Below, in pieces: positions 14,546 to 25,416 of a DNA stretch of 64,000 nucleotides (within the stretch, counting starts at the first letter, position 1; each line of letters begins with the position of its first letter). Under the pieces are notes generated by a model that was not told where the DNA came from, made no database searches, and worked only from the letters and a program-made list of their open reading frames with translations. Source of the DNA: Hydrurus foetidus (Eukaryota); NCBI GenBank assembly GCA_900617105.1, contig UYFQ01000518.1, positions 1 to 64,000 of the forward strand. Direction: 5' to 3'. The position numbers and the translations under genes were made by a program.

Positions 14546-14842
14546 TCCACTTATCTTTTAGCTGATATATTAGTCTGATCTAATGTAATCTACTATGGGA
14601 CTAGTGATTACAAATTGCCGAGTATCACGTCATACAGCGCCATAAAGCACCGCAACGCAACGCAATGATGTATCGTGCGGTACCATCTTATTATATATTA
14701 GACAATACATCATCAATTCATTTATTTCTTAATAATGAGTGATATTGCCGCAAGTCAGCTTACATTTAAGTATTCATCGGACTCCATTCACTTCAATCAA
14801 ACCCTGCATTTTACTCTTTTTGCTCTAGATTTTGTTATATTA

Positions 14843-14946
14843 TGAAAATATGATATTATTTCTGTTATTTCATTTCAATGTCTGACCGAAAATTCTGAAA
14901 ATATGATACTATTTCTTTTATTTCATTTCAATGTCTGACCGAAAAT
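14843..14946. repeat. Tandem duplication, ~53-bp unit x2
   Basis: TGAAAATATGATA(T/C)TATTTCT(G/T)TTATTTCATTTCAATGTCTGACCGAAAAT starts at 14843 and again at 14896. Confidence 0.9.
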
Positions 14947-15589
14947 CAGTTGTGAACGGAGAAACAGACTTACAAAACATCATTTCAAAAAAGATATCGG
15001 AAGAATTAATCGAGTCAAGGGAAGTGAATCATTTCTGAACACACTACAAGTCAAACGTAGTTCATTGGTAGACGAAAATGAAAATGAATGACGACGGGCA
15101 GATGTTTGACTGACTAGATCAGAGTCACCATGGAGGTAAATGTGATGGAAGAATTCGATAAAGAATACTGAAACACGAATGTATTAGATAGGGTCTGGAT
15201 TTTTAGTGGTTTGTAATTTATGTAGTTTTTGTATGATAGACAGCATCAACAGTGGTCGATCCCACTAGATTTCTCTTTGATGAGACGTTACGATATATAT
15301 CATGAAGCTCTGCGCTGGAGTGTATAACATTCTTGTGTTTGATAGACCTGCGGGGGATGATTGATTGTAGAAAGAGATTGACGGAGTAGATGGATGCGAA
15401 TGATTTGACCCAGCCGGCTGTAACAAAAAGGCGGCTACTATCGACTAGGCATTGATGCGATTGTTGACGAGTAGGTGTTACTATTCTCTGGAAGGTGGTG
15501 CAATTGCTGAAGTGCTCAGGTGCGGGGCTACTTCGTCAGCACGGAAACAAAAGTTGATGCGTTACCGGAGTTGACACCGGTGACTTATC

Positions 15590-15662
15590 TGATCTCAGAG
15601 GGGATCGAACCCTCGACCTTTTCGGTGTTAACGAAATGTGATAACCGCTACACCATGAAACC
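15590..15662 (-). tRNA. tRNA-Val(AAC), left copy
   Basis: Exact reverse complement of the 73-nt cloverleaf at 17874-17946. Confidence 0.95.
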
Positions 15663-16309
15663 TTGCGAAACACATGGTAGATCTTGTGTGTTTTTTTTGC
15701 GAAAAATGAGTTATAGATATCTGGGACGCGCAAGACAAGGGTCGAAAACTGTTGTTCTCGCCTCTCACCCATCAGATCAGCTACAGTGCGAGTGCAGTAC
15801 TGTATACAGTACGTCCTACCCATACACTCCTCTACCGTACAATGGTTGCTGCTTTCAGCTCTATCATCCCGGTGCTAAAGAAGTAATTCTAAAGCAAATT
15901 GATCTAATTTGTGAAACTTCAGCCACTTTGCTTTCAATTACATCACTTTAATGGTACCAGTGATGACAAATAGCTATTTTATCACATGCTATGACAATCA
16001 TGTGATCCTCCGCTCATGCACGATCTCAACCTACAGGTTACTAAAGTGGAGATTGATATTCCATATGATTTCTATCTAATATCATCCCCAAGCAGCCCGT
16101 TAGATATCAAAAATGAGCTTTGGTCATCACCAGCGACTCCATCACCGACCTCCAGTCGGATAGATGGCACTAAAGTTCTTTGAAATGTCTTTCGACTATT
16201 TCATTGCATACTACGTTCATCAAAAGTAGGATGCATTAGCGAGGACGTAATGTTTAGGCAAGTCTGTAGGACCAACCGTAACTGATATGATAGACTGCAG
16301 TGGTGACTT

Positions 16310-16476
16310 GGCTACGGCTACGGCTACGGCTACGGCTACGGCTACGGCTACGGCTACGGCTACGGCTACGGCTACGGCTACGGCTACGGCTACGGCTACG
16401 GCTACGGCTACGGCTACGGCTACGGCTACGGCTACGGCTACGGCTACGGCTACGGCTACGGCTACGGCTACGGCTA
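16310..16476 (+). repeat. (GGCTAC)n array, ~28 units
   Basis: Directly visible. Confidence 0.97.
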
Positions 16477-16596
16477 GGGTCACGGCTGTCGTAACGGCTA
16501 CTTCTAAGGATATCGCTCATGCTCTCGGGCAACTGCTTTAGCTTCTGCTGAGCTCGAGTTGTGGTCTTTTTGTGCTTCTATATTTCTCTAAAATTG

Positions 16597-16645
16597 CGAC
16601 CTTTTCGGTGTTAACGAAATGTGATAACCGCTACACCATGAAACC
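16597..16645 (-). pseudogene. Truncated tRNA-Val(AAC) copy lacking the T-arm and 3' acceptor strand
   Basis: 16597-16712 is a direct copy of 15614-15729 (offset 983), i.e. the 5' 49 nt of the tRNA plus its upstream flank. Confidence 0.92.
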
Positions 16646-16812
16646 TTGCGAAACACATGGTAGATCTTGTGTGTTTTTTTTGCGAAAAATGAGTTATAGA
16701 TATCTGGGACGCCCAATACAAGGAAAGGAAAACACTCCGCGTAACTAAAGGTCCAAAAAGCCTAAGCCAGCGCCAAAGTTCATCAGCCTTGACCGTAGCA
16801 ATAATCATAGCT

Positions 16813-17226
16813 GTAGCCGTAGCCGTAGCCGTAGCCGTAGCCGTAGCCGTAGCCGTAGCCGTAGCCGTAGCCGTAGCCGTAGCCGTAGCCGTCGCCGTAG
16901 CCGTAGCCGTAGCCGTAGCCGTAGCCGTCGCCGTCGCCGTAGCCGTAGCCGTAGCCGTAGCCGTAGCCGTAGCCGTAGCCGTAGCCGTAGCCGTCGCCGT
17001 CGCCGTAGCCGTAGCCGTAGCCGTAGCCGTAGCCGTAGCCGTAGCCGTAGCCGTAGCCGTAGCCGTAGCCGTAGCCGTAGCCGTAGCCGTAGCCGTAGCC
17101 GTAGCCGTAGCCGTAGCCGTAGCCGTAGCCGTAGCCGTAGCCGTAGCCGTAGCCGTAGCCGTAGCCGTAGCCGTAGCCGTAGCCATAGCCGTAGCCGTAG
17201 CCGTAGCCGTAGCCGTAGCCGTAGCC
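16813..17226 (-). repeat. (GTAGCC)n array, ~69 units (inverted relative to 16310-16476), with GTCGCC/ATAGCC variants
   Basis: Directly visible. Confidence 0.97.
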
Positions 17227-17873
17227 AAGTCACCACTGCAGTCTATCATATCAGTTACGGTTGGTCCTACAGACTTGCCTAAACATTACGTCCTCGCTAA
17301 TGCATCCTACTTTTGATGAACGTAGTATGCAATGAAATAGTCGAAAGACATTTCAAAGAACTTTAGTGCCATCTATCCGACTGGAGGTCGGTGATGGAGT
17401 CGCTGGTGATGACCAAAGCTCATTTTTGATATCTAACGGGCTGCTTGGGGATGATATTAGATAGAAATCATATGGAATATCAATCTCCACTTTAGTAACC
17501 TGTAGGTTGAGATCGTGCATGAGCGGAGGATCACATGATTGTCATAGCATGTGATAAAATAGCTATTTGTCATCACTGGTACCATTAAAGTGATGTAATT
17601 GAAAGCAAAGTGGCTGAAGTTTCACAAATTAGATCAATTTGCTTTAGAATTACTTCTTTAGCACCGGGATGATAGAGCTGAAAGCAGCAACCATTGTACG
17701 GTAGAGGAGTGTATGGGTAGGACGTACTGTATACAGTACTGCACTCGCACTGTAGCTGATCTGATGGGTGAGAGGCGAGAACAACAGTTTTCGACCCTTG
17801 TCTTGCGCGTCTCAGATATGTATAACTCATTTTTCGCAAAAAAAACACACAAGATCTACCATGTGTTTCGCAA

Positions 17874-17946
17874 GGTTTCATGGTGTAGCGGTTATCACAT
17901 TTCGTTAACACCGAAAAGGTCGAGGGTTCGATCCCCTCTGAGATCA
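17874..17946 (+). tRNA. tRNA-Val(AAC), right copy
   Basis: Acceptor stem GGTTTCA/TGAGATC, D-arm GTGT..ACAT, anticodon arm TTTCG-TTAACAC-CGAAA, T-arm GAGGG-TTCGATC-CCCTC, discriminator A; no intron. Confidence 0.96.
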
Positions 17947-18986
17947 GATAAGTCACCGGTGTCAACCCCGGTAACGCATCAACTTTTGTTTCCGTGCTGA
18001 CGAAGTAGCCCCGCACCTGAGCACTTCAGCAATTGCACCACCTTCCAGAGAATAGTAACACCTACTCGTCAACAATCGCATCAATGCCTAGTCGATAGTA
18101 GCCGCCTTTTTGTTACAGCCAGCTGGGTCAAATCATTCGCATCCATCTACTCCGTCAATCTCTTTCTACAATCAATCATCCCCCGCAGGTCTATCAAACA
18201 CAAGAATGTTATACACTCCAGCGCAAAGTTTCTTCAGTAACAACCCATCAGATAATAATGACAGATGTAAATTTATGGAATGGAGATTAGTCGAAATGGA
18301 TAGAAGTTAAAGATTGCTTTCTACTTTCGGACACACCACTTTAAGAAGAAATCTGCGGCACTCAAGAAACTGAAATGCTTTCAGATGCGGAAAAGGCACT
18401 GCTTTATGCTTTCAGATATCTACGGCTAGAATGGGTATTTTGTTACAATAGCATTCTGACCGATTACTAAGTTATCAATATTAATTAATTATCAGACAGT
18501 CTATTGCGCAATTGTTTGAGGCCAGACATTCAATTGACAATTATTCTCCAATTTTGTACAACACTCCGTGATTTCAATATGACAACTGGTGGGTGTAATG
18601 ACAGTTTCTAAGAAAAAATCCGTTTTGTTCTCACTCTCGTCGCGATTGGCTTCCGAACAAATGAAAGTTCTCGTTTGTTTCTAAATGGAATGGCTATAAC
18701 ATGACTTTGTTCAGTCGAAATACTACAGTATTGTATACATGGCAGGGCAGGGCATCCTTGCCAACATATTTTTGGCGATTTTACCGCGAAATGTACGTTT
18801 TTATCACAGAATTATTACGGTTTTATCACATTTCTCACTGTAAAAAAGGTCAAAGACACTCGCTCCGACTTCGCATGATGAAGGTGATAAACCATCTAAA
18901 CTTCCGGCTTCAACCGAAGGGGAACATCAAAGTTTTGCATTTTGAGTTGAGCAACAGTCCTCATCGTCCCTTTGAAAGAAAAAGCA

Positions 18987-19636
18987 ATGAAGTTTTCGAG
19001 TGCCTATGTTGTTATCGCGTTAGCAGTGTTGGCAATGTGCCAAATTGCAACTGGATATTCTCAGCATAATATCATGTCTCGAGCGCTAGCGACAAAAAGA
19101 GCAACATCTTTAAATGCAGGGTCGGACTCACCTCCACTCAATGAGAAAACACGCGAAAGAATTGACAAACTTGTGAAGGACAATAAAGTTCTTCTGTTTA
19201 TGAAGGGTAATAAGCTTTTTCCCCAATGGTAAGTTGAGAGCCACAAGCTTGCATTTATTGTCGCAAGCCAACTGAATTTCTGGATTGAACACGTTATAGC
19301 TAAACCACTGTCAATTGATGCTCCTGCGCTGCGAGGTTGTGTCCATCAGTCGCTTAATTTCCATAAGCTCATCATCATGTCTTCTCGAACTGCAACTTCT
19401 GCAGTGGCTTTTCCAACAATGCTTGCCGAATTTTGGAAGCAGTGAATACACCTTTTGAGACGGTCGACGTATTAGAAGACATGGATATTCGGTCCGGAAT
19501 CAAAGCCTACTCAATGTGGCCCACCATTCCACAATTGTATGTCAATGGAGAATTCGTAGGTGGCTCAGACATCATGATAGAGCTTTACAACAACGGTGAA
19601 TTAGCGGAGATGATTGAAGTCGCAAATGCTAATTAA
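18987..19636 (+). CDS. Monothiol (CGFS) glutaredoxin, predicted plastid-targeted
   Basis: Exons 18987-19228 and 19405-19636 join to give LFMKG..FPQCGFS..KAYSMWPTIPQLYVNGEFVGGSDI. N-terminal signal peptide ending ATG|Y, followed by a Ser/Thr/Arg-rich transit peptide. Confidence 0.95.
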
Positions 19637-21705
19637 GACTTTTACCATAAGTGTTCGAGAAACAACAAACATTTGTTTATTTACAACCATTCTGTGTATG
19701 ATATTTATTGCTGGAATTTATGATAAACTTATCATGTACATTTTCATGGGCGAGGAGACTGACTGACGTAGATTGCGAAGGAAAGAATTCCGATGCATTT
19801 TGATATCTCAAAATGCGGTAAATGAAACGAATTAAATCAGGAGATCATAGGAAGCCTGAACTAAGGAGGGAAAGCATGAACGTGCTGATGAGAAACGAGC
19901 ATGTTCCGATTACGATACTGTGCTGTACTGTACTGTACTAAGAACATTTCTTCCTACAGCAAACAGAGAAAACCCCTTCCTTTCCCACTGAAAAGCGAAA
20001 GACCACAACTTCTTCTTACCATGGTGACTCTGTATCTATCGCTTTCACATCTTCTACGCTGCAATTAAGTCTCACATTTCTCATCGAAGAAAGTCCGAAA
20101 ATCCGAATACAGCTGAGGAATTAAAAAGAGAGTGAGAAATTTCTCGACAATTATTTACAAATGTGCAGCCGAAAATTGACATTGACAAAGAGACAGGCAG
20201 ACGGACAGGCGTCAATGCATTAGTAGCGGTGTTTCGATTGCATCTTATGCTGAGCGAATAGCAGAGACCTCGCTAACAAAGAAACAAAGCAAAGTTATGA
20301 GAAGAAAACGAAACGGACGAGACAATGACATTAATGTAGGAAACATAATTATCGACGTGGCAAATTGGATGAAAGCTGTTAAATAGGATTAAAATGGAGC
20401 AAGTTGTGTGTTAGGAAGGAGGTCAGGGTTCTGAACCAAAATCACCCAAATTTGCACCGATTTCATTTTGTTTGTTCATCGATAATAAATGGTTACCATC
20501 CATTAATGCAGCAGCATAAGGGTGGTTGTTAGTCTAGAGTCCTCAGATATTGAGATCTGAGATGTGAGTCTAGTCTATTGCTATTGCAGCCTTGAGGCTG
20601 GTTGATGTCAAGTCCGTTGTAACGAGCAAGCGATGTGAAGTACAAGGCGCGAACAATTTCGGTTCTTGGTGAAGGCGAATTGTGAGGGAAGTGAACGATT
20701 TCCAGAAGAAATCGAGGGAGTCATGAGGAGGGAAGAATAAATAGGATGGAGTAAAAGAGGAAAAAGGGAGGTGAAGGTTAACAGAGATAAAGGAGGGAGG
20801 TTTTTTTTAAGAGTAATTGGTCTGCTACATCCGCACAGTTCAACATAGTTATCGAAACTTGAGGAAAATTCGTATTGAAATGCTGAGTTGAATGGAGTAG
20901 CAGTGGCTGCAAGTTATCTCGTGTCTACTACTGCTCAGTGAGACCAAGAGAAGAGGAAAAGATGGGGTTCAAAGAGGTTGAGTGTGGTAAAGGACATGAC
21001 GGCAATGTAGAGATGTAAAATAGTGTATAAAGGAGTGAGTGTTGCATCATCTGGTATAGTGAAGCGTTGTGAGTTGAAGTGCAATGTAGTGTAGTGTATT
21101 GTAGTGAAGTGTATTGTAGTGAAGTGTAGCATATTGTAGTGAAGTGTATTGTGTTGAAGTGCAATGTATTGAAGTGAAGGCCAGCTCCAAGCGAGGAGGA
21201 AAGACGGGATGAAATGCACAGTGCGTTGCAACCTAAAAACGGATTTAAAGACAGTATAGTATGATGCTCTACCACATTCAGTCACACCAACAAAGATGTG
21301 AGCCAACGAGTGGACAGAGCAGCGAAAACAGTAGTAAACTGATTTATGGAAGCGTAAAGGAACTTGATTGCAGGGGTTTGTGGATTGTTCTAGACAGACA
21401 AGGCTGTCCTTGAGGATTCTATTATATAGAAGTATCCGGTCGTAACAATTACATTAGTGGCCACCCCCTCACGACTATCAGTCATGAGCGTGCAGTACTG
21501 CGAAGTAAAGTAGATTTTTGTGACGATTTGATGTAGCGCTTTTATGCATCAGCCGCTGCTGAGATTAAGAGGGCAAGGAGAAATAGAGAACAGATGGCAG
21601 GTAGAGGGAGAAATGAGAAGATATAGAGGAGAATAAAGAGGGAGAAGGTCGGAGTAAAGGGAGGTAGGAGAATTTGAGGTCCTTAAAGGCTTTTTGATCT
21701 CAGAT

Positions 21706-22807
21706 TTAGAATTCGATGGGCAGGCAGTGCGACAGTTGCGTCCACGCATCGATGGGATTGCTCACAGGTTTGCTCCACACCATATCAGCGCCTACAGGAC
21801 AACATTGCATAGTGACAAACAAGAGAAGAGAAGAGAGCTTAGAATTAGGGCGCCATGAGTTGCATGCATATTCATACGATAACGAGGGGAAGTGTCGTGT
21901 ACTATAACGTTTAGGAATGGAATGAAGTTAAGTGTTATATGAGAATATTCTTATCTTGTATTTTGAATTCAACACAGACGAATCAAAGGAGAGGTCTCAC
22001 AAAACATAAAAATTGCACAGTAAGCGGGTAATTTAGAGAGGAAATGGGATACAGTTTAAACGATAGTGATTATTGCTTACCTGATCGCATAAACATGTTC
22101 GTTATTTGTTTTGTCTTTGTTGAATCTGAGAGTTCCGAAGACATTCCGATTATGACGCAATTAGGACTGCGATTTCGTATCACGCGAACTAAATCATGTC
22201 CAGACCAACAAGACTTATTCTGGTTCGTCAAATTATCGTCAATGATTACGACGTTGTATTCCTTGTTACATATGAACTCCTTCGCAGTTTCAAAGTCGGG
22301 AGCTTGTTGAAGGAACAATAACTCTTTCGTCCGCGCCGATCTGTGCCCTTGAGCGATATTAAACATCGTCATCTTCCGGCTTACAAGTGAATCATCCACA
22401 ACCAGTATCCTAAAATGATTCTTATTCCTCACTTCACCATTCTGTACGCTACATGGTCGATACAATAAATTCATCGCCGAATACAAAGTCATGCATGATT
22501 CGTTCGACGATAGAGATAATTTCAATTCAGACTCTGCTTCCAGTTTGCTTTTATTAATTTCATCCTCTGTCCACCATATATCTTCACTGAAGTTTTTGAT
22601 GTCATTCCTCGAGGGAATCAGAATTATGTAAACCTTCTCTTCGAAATATACTTTGACATCGACATTGAAATCTGAATAAGTGGGGACTTTCTTGGGGGGA
22701 GCGACCACCTCAATTTTCTTTGCACGCTGCATTTTCTCATGCCATGGCAATATTGCTCCGGCAAAAGTTTCAATACAATATCCCGAATATGGATTATGAA
22801 AATCCAT
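21706..22807 (-). CDS. Response-regulator receiver (REC) domain protein with N-terminal extension
   Basis: Exons 22807-22081 and 21791-21706. REC hallmarks are RILVVDDS, YNVVIIDD (phosphoacceptor position), SGHDLVRVIR, IIGMSS and, after splicing, FMRSGADMVWSKP. Confidence 0.88.
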
Positions 22808-23814
22808 CCTGCAGTTCGTTTAATTTCCACGATTTTGAATAACCCACTCCCTCCACAGCTACCACCAAGAGGCGAGAAACCTGGAACGATTTCTCTCTAT
22901 GTCAAGAGAGCGAACGGAATCCTAAGGTGAGTAGTGCTATCGATGAAAGAGACGTTTGCCTGTTTCACCTACGTATCCAAATCGAAATCGATGTTTGAAG
23001 TGCATACGTTTTTCTTCGCGGTGATTCATTGTAAACTCCTTTTGATACTTTCGATCGTCACTGCAACTACACATTCCAGAATTTTGAGGTCCTGGACCTC
23101 TTCTGGTGGGGAACATTCGCCGGGGGCGTTCTGGAACTTTACGGATAGTATATTATACGGTACTACAGACAACGGTACAGTACCTACGACTACGAGGAAC
23201 AGCTCAGGCGGGGGTGTTTTGCTACGGAGGTTGTGATCGACGAACGACTCAACTCAACGGCTCAACTTAGCTGAACAATTGTATGTGTGAAGTAGTGAAT
23301 TTGGTCATTAACCGCTGTAATCCGACCAAATGTCTTCGCCATGCTTAGCAGTGACGTTTATTTTTGACACGGACTCGGGAATTATCACCACGATTCACTC
23401 ACAGATATTGCCGACATCATTTGATCTTTTCGCTCCGACCATCAATAGAATGGTTGTTCATAATGCATGCCCATTTTAGTTTAGGCACATTCGCCGCTGT
23501 GAATTTCAAAAAAAACAAGTTAGTCAAAACCAACGACTGTGGTGTAGTTTGCGAATGAGTGGGGTTGACTTCCTATTGACATCTATATAATCTATTATGT
23601 CCTCCTCCTCTTGTCTGACTGAATGAGTTGATGCTTTTATTTGATTTAATTTCTTTCTCTTATTTTATGAATGATGGATGTTATCCAAGAGGAAGTAAAA
23701 TGAAGAGAAAAAAAGAAGAGAAAATAAGAAAGTCCCAACCCTGGATAAGATACCTCTTGTCGACAGTGCACTGTTTGAACCGACAAAGAGGGAGACATCA
23801 AGTGACGTGTCTAA

Positions 23815-24199
23815 TTGCTGATCCATTTTTAATTTTTACTGCCAGACCAACCCCTATAAATGACAATCCACAAACTTTCTGTACCGTACAGAATTTTATT
23901 TCCTTTTCGGTATTACCAAAGCAGAATAAAATGTCTGCTTTTCGTGCCCAAAACTTAAACACATCGGGTCACGTCCAAATCACCCCACACCATACTAAAA
24001 AAGCAAAAATCTGGGAACCGTCCTCTTTTTTATTTTTAGTATGGTGTGGGGGCAGCTTTTGACCATGCCACACACACATTTGAGTTTGATTTTGAGCATG
24101 AAAAGCAGACATTTTATTCTGCTTTGGTAATACAGAAAGTATGTGGATTGTCGCGTGTAGGGGTGGGTCTGGCGGTAAAAATTAAAAGTGGATCAGCAA
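23815..24199. mobile_element. Fold-back MITE-like element with long imperfect inverted repeats
   Basis: TTGCTGATCCATTTTTAATTTTTACTGCCAGACC... pairs with ...GGTCTGGCGGTAAAAATTAAAAGTGGATCAGCAA. Internal blocks GTATTACCAAAGCAGAATAAAATGTCTGCTTTTC and CCCCACACCATACTAAAAA also have inverted partners. No TSD identified. Confidence 0.7.
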
Positions 24200-25416
24200 C
24201 AAAAACGTTCCTTGCGATCAATTCTGTCCCACTGTTCGGACGCATAAGTGCTCTAAGGTCAACAATTGCTTGAAGAAAGTATTTTGAAGAGCGTGTTTAA
24301 TTAATTAAAAGCTAGTATATGTTTCCACGCACTGGTAATGATATCAGGAAAATGAAATTAAGATATCTTATTTGATCGTATCTTATTAGTTTTATCTTAT
24401 CTATCTACTTCGTTTCTCAGCCTCTCATTTATCAGATTTGGTTTATTATCAGACCAATGTAATAACCACAAGAACGAGTATTAGCACAGCGACAATCATC
24501 GCTTATTGACTGATTGCTTCTCTCTCCTCTTCTCCTCCCTTCTTCTTCCTTCCTTCCTTTCTACCTACCTTCTTTTTTTCTCTTTCTCTTCGACCGATAA
24601 TAATCGCATGATGCTGGCTTGTCTGATTCTCACCATTCCTCTATTCTCCATGAGAGCATATAGATGTAGAGTGATACAGCAAGACAACCGTTCAAATCAA
24701 AATCAATAATACCTCTCCCTCTCTTTCCCTTGTCTCTCTCTCTTCTTCTCTTTCTCTCTCAGTTCCTCCTATTTTCTTCCTTCTTTCTCTTTCTTTCCCT
24801 CTCTTTCTTTCTCTCCTTTTTTCTGCCTGTTTTAGCTGACATCACAAATCACAACACCCCATGTAAATCAAAAATCGTACTCTCTTTCATATCTTAAAGA
24901 AATTTTAATGAAATTCCATGGACGTTCTAGCTCCACCTTTTCTCAAAAGTTCAACTACGAGCATTTTTCTATCCTCCGTCATTTCTTCAAAGCCTCCTGG
25001 GGTCTCCATTTCTTTCACCAATTTTCGGATTTTCTAAACAGGAAATATGAGTTGTGGCATTACTATAATGAAATATAACCATGGGCTTAGCAAATAGCAT
25101 AAAAATGGATAAAAAAGTTGATTGGGGGGGGGGAGGGGGGGATGGTGAGGTCTCAAGATCCTCAGCCAAAATCACCGAATTAACTTCTTCGATTATATCC
25201 TATTTGCTAGATCGATAATTATTAATTATTTTCCTTCATGTTTTTAGTCAGGGATGTAGGGGTAAAATTTTGAAACAGTTCCAACGGTCGGGGGATATCA
25301 TGCGATTGTTACTGACACTAAATACAGTTGTGCTTGCTCAAATGGATATCTTTATTAAAAGATGAAGGTGAATATCGGGGCGGGATAGGTTTGACATACG
25401 AATGAACAGTGCGTAC

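Larger units (their letters stand above)
16298..17238. mobile_element. Putative internally deleted hAT-like element forming the core of the palindrome
   Basis: Begins CAGTGGTGACTTG and ends CAAGTCACCACTG (CAGTG-type termini are common in hAT elements), followed by inverted ACGGCT arrays resembling the ACGGCC subterminal repeats of the hAT at 60390-62297. No TSD can be scored because the flanks are themselves inverted copies. Inference. Confidence 0.4.
15304..18232. repeat. ~2.9-kb quasi-palindrome (inverted duplication): ~1-kb unique arms, inverted hexamer arrays and a ~335-bp spacer
   Basis: 15311-16310 is the reverse complement of 17226-18225 (paired coordinates sum to 33536). At least four substitutions are visible (15415/18121, 15569/17967, 15716/17820, 15724/17812), with a degenerate match out to ~15304/18232. 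Confidence 0.97.

Noticed and set aside
16037..16183. Exon-like stretch (VTKVEIDIPYDFYL...DGTKVL*) in each palindrome arm
   Set aside because: No upstream exon or start could be linked and no family was recognised; insufficient support.
16220..17316. Poly-RS, poly-AV, poly-AT and poly-RL ORFs suggesting an SR splicing factor
   Set aside because: All derive from the (GGCTAC)n arrays; there is no RRM or other domain.
15520..18016. Twin 143-aa and 95-aa ORFs in the palindrome arms
   Set aside because: They overlap the tRNA genes and have no recognisable domain; their duplication just reflects the inverted repeat.
15304..18232. Whole palindrome as a single Mutator/foldback transposon with 1-kb TIRs
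   Set aside because: There is no target-site duplication at the outer ends, and the arms fade out rather than ending sharply.
24855..25265. AT-rich MITE-like sequence
   Set aside because: No matching terminal inverted repeats or TSD could be found.
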